Source of the DNA: an uncultured Solirubrobacterales bacterium | GTDB lineage: Bacteria > Actinomycetota > Thermoleophilia > Solirubrobacterales > Solirubrobacteraceae | Direction of reading: 5' to 3' | NCBI GenBank assembly: GCA_963841535.1 | Contig: CAWJDF010000002.1 | Coordinates: 328,635-392,634 of the forward strand | Length of the DNA stretch: 64,000 nt | Shown: positions 36,980-46,737 of the stretch, piece after piece | How the letters are laid out: each line of letters begins with the position of its first letter | Numbering within the stretch: the first letter of the stretch is position 1 | Notes under the pieces: model-generated | The model's database searches: none | What the model was told of the DNA's origin: nothing | The model's input: the letters and a program-made list of their open reading frames with translations, nothing else | Made by a program: the position numbers and the translations under genes

Positions 36980-39900
36980 ATGGCAGTCAGCAGTGGCACT
37001 GTCCAGGTTGTCATGCCGGCGATGGGAGATTCCGTCGCCGAGGGGACCGTGCTCGAGTGGCACAGGCACGAGGGCGACACCGTCGAGGTCGACGAGACGA
37101 TCGTCGAGATCTCGACCGACAAGGTCGACGCCGAGGTGCCCTCTCCGGCCGCCGGCCGGCTCGTGAAGATCCACGCCGCCGAGGGCGAGACCGTCGCGGT
37201 GGGCGCGGTGCTGGCCGAAATCTCCACCGACGGGGGCTCGGCGAGTAACGGCGCCGAGGTGCCCGCGACGGGGGTGGGCGGGACACCAGTCTCCGGCGAG
37301 TCGCCGCCCGCCACCCCCGAGGAGGCCGTGGCGAGTGCGACCACCGAGGCCGAGGGCGTGGCCGCTGCCGAGGCGTCGAGCGGCGAGACCATCGACATCG
37401 TCACCCCGACCGGTGGCGAGTCGGTCACCGAGGGGACAATCCTCGAGTGGAGCGTCAAGGTCGGCGACGCCGTCAAGCAGGGCGAGACGGTGGTCGAGAT
37501 CTCGACCGACAAGGTCGACATGGAGCTTCCCGCACCCGCCACCGGCACGATCACCGAGATCCTGGCGCAGGACGGGGAGACCGTGAACGTGGGTCAGGTG
37601 ATCGCCCGGATGAGCGTCGCCGACGCCGCCCCGGCGGCCACTCCCACCTGTGATGCACCTGAATCCGGGGCGACAGGGGCAACAGCGTCGGCGGGGGACG
37701 GCGGTGCGCATGCATCCCCGGTCGCGCGGCGGATCGCCGCGCAGCAGGGCGTCGACCTCTCCGCCCTGACCGGCAGCGCGCGCGGCGGCCGGATCACCAA
37801 GGCCGATGTCCTCGCCGCCAAGGCCAACGGCGGCAACGGCGCCACCGCGGCGGCACCCGCGCCCGCCGCCCCAGCCGCCCCCGCCGCGGCGCGCCCGCCC
37901 GCGCCCGCCGGCGCCCAGCCGATCCGGGGTGGCGCGGCTGCCCTGGCCCGCTACATGGACGAGAGCCGCTCGATCCCGACCGCCACCTCGTTCCGCACGC
38001 TCACGGTCAGCGTGCTCGAGCAACGCCGCGCCCAGCTCAAGGACGCCGGCCACCGGGTGTCGTTCACGCACCTGATCGCCTACGCGATCGCCCGCGTGGC
38101 CACCGAGGACATGGCCGTGATGGCCCATCACTTCGCCGACATCGACGGCAAGCCCCACCGCGTCGACGACGGGGCCTGCAACCTCGGCCTGGCCGTCGAC
38201 GTCGAGAAGAAGGACGGCACGCGCACGCTGATGGTGCCGGTCATCCGTGACGCCGGGCGCCTCAGCTTCGCCGGGTTCCTCGAGGCCTACAACGCGTTGG
38301 TCGAGAAGGCGCGGACCAACACCCTGACCGCCGACGACTTGACCGGCGGGAACCTCTCGCTGACCAACCCGGGGGGCATCGGAACGATCGCCTCGGTACC
38401 GAGGCTGATGGTCGGGCAGGGCACGATCGTGGCCACCGGCGCCATCGGCTATCCACCCGGCCTGGGCGCGATCGGCGCGGCGATCGGCGCCGAGAAGGTC
38501 ATGACGATGACCTCGACCTACGATCACCGGATCATCCAGGGCGCCGAGTCCGGCCGCTTCCTACAGCGGATCGACGCGCTGCTCCAGGGCGAGGAGGGCT
38601 TCTACGAGCGGGTGTTCGGCGACCTCGGCCTGGCCCTGCCGGCGCTGGGGCCGGTCGTGCCGGCGGCCGCCGCGCAGCCTTCCGCCGCCGCGGTCGCGCC
38701 CGCCGCCCCCGCCCCCGCGGGCGCTCCTCCCCCGGCCGCCGCACCGGACGAGGAGCTCCTCCAGGCCGTGCAAGCGGCGACCTCGCTACTCAAGGCCCAC
38801 CGGACCCACGGGCACCTCGCGGCGCGCCTGGATCCGCTCGGCCGCGAGCCCGAGGGCGATCCGGCGCTCGATCCCGAGCCGCTTGGCCTGACCCCCGAGC
38901 TCATGGAGCGCATCCCCGCTCGGATCCTGCGCATGTACGTGCCCGGTCAGACGCTGGCCGACGCGCTGCCCCACCTGCGCGAGACCTACTGCGGACCGAT
39001 CGCCTACGAGATCGAGCACATCGCCTCGCACCGCCAGCGTCTGTGGCTGCGCGAGGCGATCGAGTCGGGCCGGTTCCGCGCCCCGCTGGCCACCGACGAG
39101 CAGACCACGCTGTTGCGCCGCCTGACCGAGGTCGACGCGCTCGAGCGCTTCATGCACAAGGCGTACCTGGGCCAGAAGCAGTTCTCGATCGAGGGACTCG
39201 ACATGACCGTCCCGATGCTCGACGAGCTGATCCAGCTCGCCGCCACCCGCGGCGCGCGCGAGGTCGTGATCGGCATGGCCCACCGCGGGCGCCTCAACGT
39301 GCTCGCCCACAACCTGGGCCGGGCCTACGGCTCGATCTTCGCCGAGTTCGAGGGCTCCTCGACGCTCGAGCCGATCACCACGATCCCGCAGGGCGGCACC
39401 GGCGACGTCAAGTACCACCACGGCGCCCAGGGCTCCTACCAGCTGCCCAGCGGCGAGTCGATCATCGTGCGCCTGGAGTCCAATCCGTCGCACCTGGAGT
39501 TCGTGGCGCCGGTTGCCGCGGGCGCCACGCGCGCCGCCCAGACCACGCGGCAAGGACCGCACGCCCACCGCGAGACCAACGCCGCCGTGCCGGTGATCCT
39601 CCACGGCGACGCGGCCTTCCCGGGCCAGGGTGTGGTGGCCGAGACGCTCAACCTCCAGGCGATCGACGGCTACACGGTCGGCGGCACCATCCACATCATC
39701 CAGAACAACCAGGTCGGCTTCACCACCGACCCCGACGACTCCCGCTCGACCACCTGGGCGTCGGACCTGGCCAAGGGCTACGACGTCCCGATCATCCACG
39801 TGAACGCCGACGACGCCCCGGGCTGCATCGCCGCGGTCCGGCTGGCCTTTGCGTTCCGCCAGGAGTTCGGGCACGACGTGCTGATCGACCTGATCGGCTA

Positions 39901-41395
39901 CCGCCGCTTCGGCCACAACGAGGCCGACGAGCCGGCCTACACCCAGCCCGAGATGTACCAGGTGATCAAGCAGCACCCGCCGGTGCGCGAGTTGTTCGCC
40001 CGCCAGCTGATCGAGCAGGGTGTGGTGTCAGAAAAGGAGTCGACCGAGCTGACCGACCAGGTGTGGGAGGTGCTGACCAGCGACCATCAGGAGCTCAAGG
40101 ACCGGATCGCGGCCGCCAAGGACCTCCGGCACGCCACCGGCGAATACGAGCTCGACCGCACCCCCTCGCCCGAGGTCAACACGGCGGTCGCGCGCGATCG
40201 CCTGCGCGTGCTCAACGACGAGCTGCTGGCCGTGCCGGATGGGTTCACGATTCATCCCAAGCTGGTGCGCCAGCTCGAGCAGCGCCGCGAGGTGTTCGAC
40301 CAGTCCGGGGACGGCAACGGGATCCTGTGGGCCCACGCCGAGTCGCTGGCCTACGCGTCGCTGCTGACCGAGGGGATCCCCATTCGCCTGACCGGCCAGG
40401 ACACCGAGCGCGGCACGTTCAGCCAGCGTCACCTGGTCCTGCACGATCCCAAGACCGGCCAGGAGCACTGCCCGATCCAGCATCTGCCCGGCTCGCTCGC
40501 GCCGATGGAGCTCCACAACAGCCCGCTGTCGGAGATGGGCTGCCTCGGGTTCGAGTACGGCTACTCGCAGGAGGCCCCCGAGACGCTGGTGCTGTGGGAG
40601 GCGCAGTTCGGCGACTTCGCCAACGGCGCCCAGGTGATCATCGACCAGTTCATCGTGTCGGGACTGGCCAAGTGGGGCCAGACCTCCCGCCTGACCCTGT
40701 TGCTGCCGCACGGCTACGAGGGGTCGGGCCCCGAGCACTCCTCGGCCCGCCTCGAGCGCTTCCTGCAGCTCGCCGCCGAGGGCAATATCCGCGTGGCCAA
40801 CCCGACCACCCCGGCCCAGTACTTCCATCTCCTGCGCCGCCAGGCCCGGGTTGCCAAGCAGCGGCCGCTGGTGGTCATGACCCCCAAGAGCCTGCTCCGC
40901 CTGCCCCAGGCCACAAGCTCGGTGCCGGAGCTGTGCGAGGGCCGCTTCCAGCCGGTGCTCTCCGAGGGCCACGAGCATGATCCTGAGCAGGTCAAGCGCC
41001 TGATTCTGTGCACCGGAAAGCTCTACTACGAGCTCGCCGGTCACGAGTCGCGGGTCGAGAACCCGAGCGTGGCGATCGGCCGGGTCGAGCTGCTCTACCC
41101 GTTCCCCCAGGCGGAGATCCTGACCCTGGCCGAGAGCTACCCCAACCTCGTCGAGGTCGTGTGGGTCCAGGAGGAGCCCCGCAACATGGGCGCGCGCGCT
41201 CACATGGGACCGCGGCTCATGCAGATCCTCCCCCACCATCTGAAGTTCGGCTACATCGGTCGCCCCGAGCGGGCGGCCTCGGGCGAGGGCTATCCGGTGG
41301 CGCACGCGGCCGAGCAGCACCGGATCATCGCGACCGCGCTCGACGTCGGCGAGGCGGTCTCGCAGTACCCGCGCAAGCTGCCGGGCGAACGGTAG
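36980..41395 (+). CDS. kgd: Multifunctional 2-oxoglutarate dehydrogenase: 2 lipoyl domains + PSBD + E2 succinyltransferase + E1o
   Basis: STDKVD twice; ASPVARRIA...GGRITKADV; TYDHRIIQGAESG; GMAHRGRLN, GDVKYH, HGDAAFPGQG, LPHGYEGSGPEHSSAR. Confidence 0.95.
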   Translation: MAVSSGTVQVVMPAMGDSVAEGTVLEWHRHEGDTVEVDETIVEISTDKVDAEVPSPAAGRLVKIHAAEGETVAVGAVLAEISTDGGSASNGAEVPATGVGGTPVSGESPPATPEEAVASATTEAEGVAAAEASSGETIDIVTPTGGESVTEGTILEWSVKVGDAVKQGETVVEISTDKVDMELPAPATGTITEILAQDGETVNVGQVIARMSVADAAPAATPTCDAPESGATGATASAGDGGAHASPVARRIAAQQGVDLSALTGSARGGRITKADVLAAKANGGNGATAAAPAPAAPAAPAAARPPAPAGAQPIRGGAAALARYMDESRSIPTATSFRTLTVSVLEQRRAQLKDAGHRVSFTHLIAYAIARVATEDMAVMAHHFADIDGKPHRVDDGACNLGLAVDVEKKDGTRTLMVPVIRDAGRLSFAGFLEAYNALVEKARTNTLTADDLTGGNLSLTNPGGIGTIASVPRLMVGQGTIVATGAIGYPPGLGAIGAAIGAEKVMTMTSTYDHRIIQGAESGRFLQRIDALLQGEEGFYERVFGDLGLALPALGPVVPAAAAQPSAAAVAPAAPAPAGAPPPAAAPDEELLQAVQAATSLLKAHRTHGHLAARLDPLGREPEGDPALDPEPLGLTPELMERIPARILRMYVPGQTLADALPHLRETYCGPIAYEIEHIASHRQRLWLREAIESGRFRAPLATDEQTTLLRRLTEVDALERFMHKAYLGQKQFSIEGLDMTVPMLDELIQLAATRGAREVVIGMAHRGRLNVLAHNLGRAYGSIFAEFEGSSTLEPITTIPQGGTGDVKYHHGAQGSYQLPSGESIIVRLESNPSHLEFVAPVAAGATRAAQTTRQGPHAHRETNAAVPVILHGDAAFPGQGVVAETLNLQAIDGYTVGGTIHIIQNNQVGFTTDPDDSRSTTWASDLAKGYDVPIIHVNADDAPGCIAAVRLAFAFRQEFGHDVLIDLIGYRRFGHNEADEPAYTQPEMYQVIKQHPPVRELFARQLIEQGVVSEKESTELTDQVWEVLTSDHQELKDRIAAAKDLRHATGEYELDRTPSPEVNTAVARDRLRVLNDELLAVPDGFTIHPKLVRQLEQRREVFDQSGDGNGILWAHAESLAYASLLTEGIPIRLTGQDTERGTFSQRHLVLHDPKTGQEHCPIQHLPGSLAPMELHNSPLSEMGCLGFEYGYSQEAPETLVLWEAQFGDFANGAQVIIDQFIVSGLAKWGQTSRLTLLLPHGYEGSGPEHSSARLERFLQLAAEGNIRVANPTTPAQYFHLLRRQARVAKQRPLVVMTPKSLLRLPQATSSVPELCEGRFQPVLSEGHEHDPEQVKRLILCTGKLYYELAGHESRVENPSVAIGRVELLYPFPQAEILTLAESYPNLVEVVWVQEEPRNMGARAHMGPRLMQILPHHLKFGYIGRPERAASGEGYPVAHAAEQHRIIATALDVGEAVSQYPRKLPGER

Positions 41396-41557
41396 CTTCG
41401 GCTGCGCGCGCCTCCGGCGGCGTTGCTTTGAGCGAGGCTGCGCCACCCGTCCGGCGGCACTCGCGTTCGCGCACGCACCACGCCGCGGAAGCGCTCCGGA
41501 AAGCGCCGTGCCGCCGGAGGGGTGGGCAGCCGGAGCGATTTCTGGCACCCTTCGCAC

Positions 41558-42655
41558 GTGGGCTTTCGCAGAGACGGATCGCGCAGAGACAATTCGCGGC
41601 GCCACCTGACGCCCGCCTTCGGCGTGCACGACATGGCAATCGACCTCGGCACCGCCAACACGCTCGTGTACGTGGGCGGGCGCGGGATCGTGGTGTCCGA
41701 GCCTTCGGTGGTCGCCTCCGACGTGGACACGGGCCTGGTCCACGCGGTCGGCTCGGACGCCGAGCGGATGATCGGCCGCACGCCGGCCACGATCGCGGCC
41801 ACCCGGCCGCTCAGACACGGCGTGATCGCCGACTTCGACGTCACCGAGCAGATGCTCCGCTATTTCATCCGCAAGGTGCTCGACCGGAAGATGGCCCATC
41901 CCAGGCTGATCGTGTGCGCGCCCTCGGGCGTGACCGAGGTCGAGAAGCGGGCGGTCGAGGAGGCCTCGCTGGCCGCCGGCGCCCGGCGCGTGCACCTGAT
42001 CGAGGAGCCGATCGCGGCCGCCATCGGGGCCGGCATGGAGATCGACGAGCCGGTCGGGCGGATGGTGGTCGACGTCGGCGGGGGCACCAGCGAGATGGCG
42101 GTGATCTCGCTCGGCGGGATCGTCGTCTCCCGTTCGGTGCGCGTGGGCGGCTACGAGATGGACGAGGCGATCACCTCGTACCTGCGTGGCGTGCACCAGC
42201 TGGCGATCGGCTCGAGGACGGCGGAGCGGATCAAGATCGAGATCGGCTCGGTCACGCCGCTGCATCCCGAGGAGACCGTCGAGGTCCGGGGCCGCCACCT
42301 GGTCACTGGACTGCCCACCGCGGTCGAGCTACGCAGCGAGGAGGTCCGGGCCGCGATCATGGCGCCGGCGCGGGAGGTCATGCGGGCGATCCGCGACACG
42401 CTCGAGGAGACGCCTCCCGAGCTGGCCTCCGACATCGCCCGGGACGGCATCCTGCTGGCCGGCGGGGGCACGCTGGTGCGGGGCTTCCAGCAGCTCGTGG
42501 CCGAGGAGACCGGGATGCCGGTGTACTCGGCCGAGTCCCCCTTGACCTGCGTCGCGTTCGGCTCAGGCCAGGCGCTCGCGCATTTCGACCAGCTCACCCG
42601 CGCGAGCCGCCACCGCGTTCCCTCTCTGACCCCGGACTGGCGCACGGTCTCCTAG
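41558..42655 (+). CDS. mreB: Rod shape-determining protein MreB paralog (start uncertain)
   Basis: AIDLGTANT, RPLRHGVIADF, EEPIAAAIGAG, DVGGGT, LAGGG. Confidence 0.9.
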   Translation: MGFRRDGSRRDNSRRHLTPAFGVHDMAIDLGTANTLVYVGGRGIVVSEPSVVASDVDTGLVHAVGSDAERMIGRTPATIAATRPLRHGVIADFDVTEQMLRYFIRKVLDRKMAHPRLIVCAPSGVTEVEKRAVEEASLAAGARRVHLIEEPIAAAIGAGMEIDEPVGRMVVDVGGGTSEMAVISLGGIVVSRSVRVGGYEMDEAITSYLRGVHQLAIGSRTAERIKIEIGSVTPLHPEETVEVRGRHLVTGLPTAVELRSEEVRAAIMAPAREVMRAIRDTLEETPPELASDIARDGILLAGGGTLVRGFQQLVAEETGMPVYSAESPLTCVAFGSGQALAHFDQLTRASRHRVPSLTPDWRTVS

Positions 42656-43954
42656 TCGGGCCCTGACCCGCGTCGTCGCGGAGGTGAGCGCCGCCGCCGC
42701 GAGCAGGACCAGGAACGGGTCGACCGGCGCCCGGAAGCGCGGCGTCTCGACGTTGACGAGCACCACGCTGAGCGCGAGGAGCAGCGGGACGAACCAGACC
42801 CACTTCGGGGCCGCCCTCACCGGCCGCGAGAACGCTCCGGCCAGCGCGAGCAGGCATATGGCCCAGAACCCGAGCACGCCGTCCCGGGCCAGGCTGATCG
42901 GCAGCGAGATCGCGGCCGCCGAGGCATGCCAGGCGAACGTGCCCTCGAGCTCGAACAGCCTCCGCGTGTTGTGGTAAGCGACCTCGAACGGGCTCAGCAG
43001 GTGCTGTGCGACGTAGTGCAGCGCCTGGTGCTGGAGCTTGCCTGACAGCTGCGGCTCGGTCAGGTGGCTGGCTTGGCGGATCAGCGCGCCCTCGCCCGGG
43101 ATGCCGTAGAAGATCCGCCACTTGTACGGCACGCCGGGGTTGGCCGCCGACGCCGCGTTGTAGGTCCCGACCAGCGTGATCCCGGTCTCGTCGGAAACCG
43201 GGATGAAGCGATGCATGACGACCGCGTTGCGGACCGTCCAGGGCAGGATGGTCAGCGCGGTGGCGGCGATGAGAAGCGCCGGCGCAGCCAGCGACCGCGG
43301 TCTGAGCCGCGGCTTCTGGCTCCACACGGCCGCGATCAACGGCAGCGCGATCAGCACGGCGTTCTCGTGCGTGAGTGTGGCCAGTCCGGTCAGCACGCCC
43401 CCGCCCGCGGTCCAGCCGTAGGCGGTCTTCGGGTTGCGGGCGCGGCCGACGCGAAGCGCCGCGTACACGGCGCCGAGCACCAGCGGCGTGAGCAGGTTCT
43501 CGGCCACCAGCACGGTCGACAGCGCGACGGCGACCGGATAGACCGCGGACACGATCAGCGCGATCAGGCCGGCGAGCGGACTGAACAGCTCGAGCGCGAC
43601 CAGCCCGACCAGCGCCACCGCGATCGTCCCGAGCACGGCCTGGGCGATGCGGGCGCCGTGAACGGCGCCGTCCCGGCGGATGGCGTGCCCGTCGAGGAGG
43701 TCCACAGCGGCCAGGAAGTAGGGGTAGCCCGGCGCGAAGTAGGCACTCGGCCCGCGGGTGCCTCCGGCGCCCGACCCCGGGCGGTGGCTCAAGGGGTAGT
43801 CCCCGGTGTGGGCGATCTCGCCGGCCAGCGCGAGGTACGAGCCGGCGTCGTTGATCGGCCGGTAGTCCCCGGTTCGCTGTACCTCGAACACGCGCAGCGC
43901 GAGGGCCACGATCAGGATGGCCGCGACCAGACCGGCTCTGAGCGCGCGGGACAC
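42563..43954 (-). CDS. GT-C glycosyltransferase (family 39/ArnT-like)
   Basis: NDAGSY, APGYPYFLA, LVAENL, LPWTVRN; many TM segments. Confidence 0.8.
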   Translation of the reverse strand: MSRALRAGLVAAILIVALALRVFEVQRTGDYRPINDAGSYLALAGEIAHTGDYPLSHRPGSGAGGTRGPSAYFAPGYPYFLAAVDLLDGHAIRRDGAVHGARIAQAVLGTIAVALVGLVALELFSPLAGLIALIVSAVYPVAVALSTVLVAENLLTPLVLGAVYAALRVGRARNPKTAYGWTAGGGVLTGLATLTHENAVLIALPLIAAVWSQKPRLRPRSLAAPALLIAATALTILPWTVRNAVVMHRFIPVSDETGITLVGTYNAASAANPGVPYKWRIFYGIPGEGALIRQASHLTEPQLSGKLQHQALHYVAQHLLSPFEVAYHNTRRLFELEGTFAWHASAAAISLPISLARDGVLGFWAICLLALAGAFSRPVRAAPKWVWFVPLLLALSVVLVNVETPRFRAPVDPFLVLLAAAALTSATTRVRARLGDRAPVRGQRGNAVAARAGELVEMRERLA

Positions 43955-43989
43955 CGCCGCGCAAGGTTATGCCGTAGGTCGGCCGCGGG

Positions 43990-45075
43990 TCAGGTGATGC
44001 CGACGATGCCGGCGCAGACCCAGTTGGAGGCGCCGGCGCCACCGTTCCAGATCCGGCTGGCCACCGCGTCCTGCTCGCCCTTGCTCGCCAGGTACGCCGC
44101 CGGGCCGGTGCCCCCGAACAGCTTCCAGGTGCTCGGGAGGATCTGGTAGTAGCCCGAGGCGCCCGCGCTGTTCGGCGTCAGGTTCTGCCCGCCGGATTCG
44201 CACAGCACGATGGCGTAGGGGATGGCCCAGCCGCCACTGGGGCCGTAGGTCGGACCGGCGGGGGTCGGGGTTCCGCCGGCCGATGACTGCGCGGCCGCGG
44301 CGGCCCGCGCGGCGGCGGCCTGCTCGGCCTCGATGTGGCTGATCTCGGCCTGCAGGTGGCCGCCGCGAGCGCGGCTGGCCACCAGCGCGTCCTGCTGGAT
44401 CGAGCGCGCTCGGGCGAGCGCCGACTGCTTGGAGTGCAGCAGCAGGTTCATCCCTACCAGCGCGCGGACCCGCTGGGCGGTCGCGTACGTGATCTGACGG
44501 TCGGTCGCCTGGAGCGCCGCCAGGTGTGTGGCGGCGGCGTCAGCCCGTGCCTTGGCCTGCCGGGTGATCGTGATGATCGCCTGCTGCTGCTGCTGGGCGT
44601 CTCGCAGGAAGGTGAACCGGTCGAGCAGGTCCTTGAACCCGTTCGATTCGAGCACGACCGAGACCAGGTTGGGCTTGGCCTGCTCGTAGTTGGTCACGAG
44701 TTGCCGGGCGAGCAGCATGCGCGCTCGCGCCAACCGCGCCCGGAGCAGGGCGAGCAGGCGTCGCTCCCGGTTCAGCGCGCGCTGCACCGCCGCGAGCTGC
44801 GCGCGGTCCCGGGCCAGGTCGGCTCGGACCGCCGCCTCGCGCGACTCCACCAACGCGATCTGCGAACTCAGCGAGCTGATCAGGTGCGACAGGCTGCTGA
44901 TGCTGCCCGCGAGGCTGCTCTGGTGCGCCTGTTCGGCGCCGAGCTGGGATTTCAGCTGTCCCAGGCTCGGGTCGGCGCTCGAGGACACGGGCACCGCCGC
45001 CAGTGCCAGCACGGCCGCCATCGTGGCCGCGCAGGCGACCAGCGGTCGAGGAATCGTGCGCCTTCCAAAGCTCAT
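43990..45075 (-). CDS. Secreted coiled-coil (PcsB/RipA-like) protein with C-terminal Rpf-like transglycosylase domain
   Basis: Signal peptide, long heptad region with VLESNGFKDLLDR; IVLCESGG...ASGYYQILPSTW...EQDAVA...WVCA. Confidence 0.88.
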   Translation of the reverse strand: MSFGRRTIPRPLVACAATMAAVLALAAVPVSSSADPSLGQLKSQLGAEQAHQSSLAGSISSLSHLISSLSSQIALVESREAAVRADLARDRAQLAAVQRALNRERRLLALLRARLARARMLLARQLVTNYEQAKPNLVSVVLESNGFKDLLDRFTFLRDAQQQQQAIITITRQAKARADAAATHLAALQATDRQITYATAQRVRALVGMNLLLHSKQSALARARSIQQDALVASRARGGHLQAEISHIEAEQAAAARAAAAAQSSAGGTPTPAGPTYGPSGGWAIPYAIVLCESGGQNLTPNSAGASGYYQILPSTWKLFGGTGPAAYLASKGEQDAVASRIWNGGAGASNWVCAGIVGIT

Positions 45076-45081
45076 ATTCGT

Positions 45082-45203
45082 TGCCTACGGGGTTAGCTGT
45101 CGGGCTCGCGCGGCGGCTGCGCTACACGGCCATCAGGCCGTGACTCGCCCCAGGGAACTTGGGTCCCCCGCTTTCCCGCTCCTGTGGCGGGAAACTCGGC
45201 GTC
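45082..45203 (-). ncRNA. c-di-AMP (ydaO/yuaA) riboswitch
   Basis: Minus strand reads CGCCGAG...GGAAAGCGGGGGACCC...GGGGCGAGTC...GTAG...CCCGACAGCTAACCCCGTAGGC, the ydaO consensus, ending just upstream of the Rpf-like ATG. Confidence 0.92.
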
Positions 45204-45242
45204 GGGCACCTTATCAAGCCGACGCGGCCATATGCTCCCCCC

Positions 45243-45518
45243 GTGGCCTCGGATCGGGAGCGGCAGATACTGGCCCGTGTGCGGGCTATTCCCATCGGCT
45301 TCGTTCGCACGTACGGCGACGTGTCGCCGGGGGCGCCGCGGGTGGCCGGCGCCGTCCTGCACGGGTGCGATGACGCTCGGGTCCCCTGGCACCGCGTGGT
45401 CCGGGCCGACGGCACGCTGGCCAAAGGCGAGCGCCAGCGCTCGCTGCTCGAGACCGAAGGTGTCCCGTTCCGGGGTTCGCGCGTCGATCTGCGGGTAGCG
45501 CGGCTCCCCGAAGCGTGA
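45243..45518 (+). CDS. Alkyltransferase-like (ATL) MGMT-family DNA-damage binding protein
   Basis: IPIGFVRTYGDV, PWHRVV (Trp instead of catalytic Cys). Confidence 0.88.
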   Translation: MASDRERQILARVRAIPIGFVRTYGDVSPGAPRVAGAVLHGCDDARVPWHRVVRADGTLAKGERQRSLLETEGVPFRGSRVDLRVARLPEA

Positions 45519-45946
45519 TGTGGGTCCACCGCGAGATCGAGCTCGACGCGCGCCCGCGCGGCTTCCACCTGGTGACGCGGGACATCGCCGGCGCCCTGCC
45601 TGAGCTGGGAGCGGTCGACGTGGGGCTGCTGCACCTGCTGATCCAGCACACCTCGGCCTCGCTGGCCCTGAACGAGAACGCCTCGCCCAACGTGCGCCAC
45701 GACTTCGAGTCCTACTTCAACGCCGCGGTCCCGGAGGACGCCCCGTACTGGACGCACACGCTGGAGGGCGCCGACGACATGCCGGCGCACATCAAGGCCT
45801 CGTTGCTCGGGCCGTCGTTGACGCTGCCGGTGGCGCGGGGGCGGCTCGCGCTCGGGACGTGGCAGGGGATCTACCTGTGCGAGCACCGCGACCGCGGCGG
45901 GTCGCGCTCGGTGGTGGCGACGCTCTGGGGCTCGGACGCCGGCTAG
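45515..45946 (+). CDS. yjbQ: YjbQ-family protein (UPF0047)
   Basis: HTSASLALNENA, HTLEGADDMPAHIK, LGTWQGIYLCEHR. Confidence 0.92.
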   Translation: MMWVHREIELDARPRGFHLVTRDIAGALPELGAVDVGLLHLLIQHTSASLALNENASPNVRHDFESYFNAAVPEDAPYWTHTLEGADDMPAHIKASLLGPSLTLPVARGRLALGTWQGIYLCEHRDRGGSRSVVATLWGSDAG

Positions 45947-45957
45947 CCGCTAGCTGG

Positions 45958-46737
45958 TTAGCGTCCCTTCCAGACGGGGTCGCGCCGCTCGGCGAACGCG
46001 GTGGCGCCCTCGCGGGCATCCTCGGAGTCGCGAACCGGTTCAGAGATCTCGCGCTGGCGCTGGAAGAACTCCGCGTCCGGCCAGTTCGGCGACTGAACCA
46101 TGGTGCGCTTGGTGGCGGCCAGGGCCAGCGGCCCATTGGCCGCGATCGTCTCGGCCAGCTCCATCGCGACGGCGAGCGCCTGCCCGGGCTCCGCCAACCG
46201 ATTGACCAGGCCAAGCTCGTAGGCGCGCTCCGCCTCGATCGGATCGCCGGTCAGGGCCATCTCGTTGGCCACGTTGCGCGGCAGCGCCCGCGGCAGCCGG
46301 AGCAGGGCGCCGCCGGCCGCAACCAGCGAGCGCTTGACCTCGGGGATCCCGAGCCGGGCGCCCCGGGCGGCCACGATCAGGTCGCACGCCAGCGCCACTT
46401 CGAGCCCGCCCGCCACGGCGAAGGCCTCGATGGCCGCGATCAGGGGCGTGTCCGGCGGGCGCTCGACGATGCCGGCGAAACCTCGCCCCTCGATAACCTG
46501 CCGCTCGCCCTCGCGGAACGCCTTGAGGTCCATTCCGGAGCAGAAGCCCTTGCCGGCGCCGGTGAGGACGCCGACGCTGAGACCCGAGTCGGCGTCTAGC
46601 TCGTCGAGCGCGGTGGCGATGCCCTGCGCCACGGCGGCGTTGATCGCGTTGCGCTGATCGGGGCGGTTGATCGTGATGATCAGGACGCGCCCGCGCCGCT
46701 CGGTCAGGACAGGGGCCGCCTCGTGCTCGCCGCTCAC
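45958..46737 (-). CDS. Crotonase/enoyl-CoA hydratase family protein
   Basis: INRPDQRNAIN, FCSGMDL, AGGLEVALACD, GIPEVKR. Confidence 0.92.
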   Translation of the reverse strand: MSGEHEAAPVLTERRGRVLIITINRPDQRNAINAAVAQGIATALDELDADSGLSVGVLTGAGKGFCSGMDLKAFREGERQVIEGRGFAGIVERPPDTPLIAAIEAFAVAGGLEVALACDLIVAARGARLGIPEVKRSLVAAGGALLRLPRALPRNVANEMALTGDPIEAERAYELGLVNRLAEPGQALAVAMELAETIAANGPLALAATKRTMVQSPNWPDAEFFQRQREISEPVRDSEDAREGATAFAERRDPVWKGR

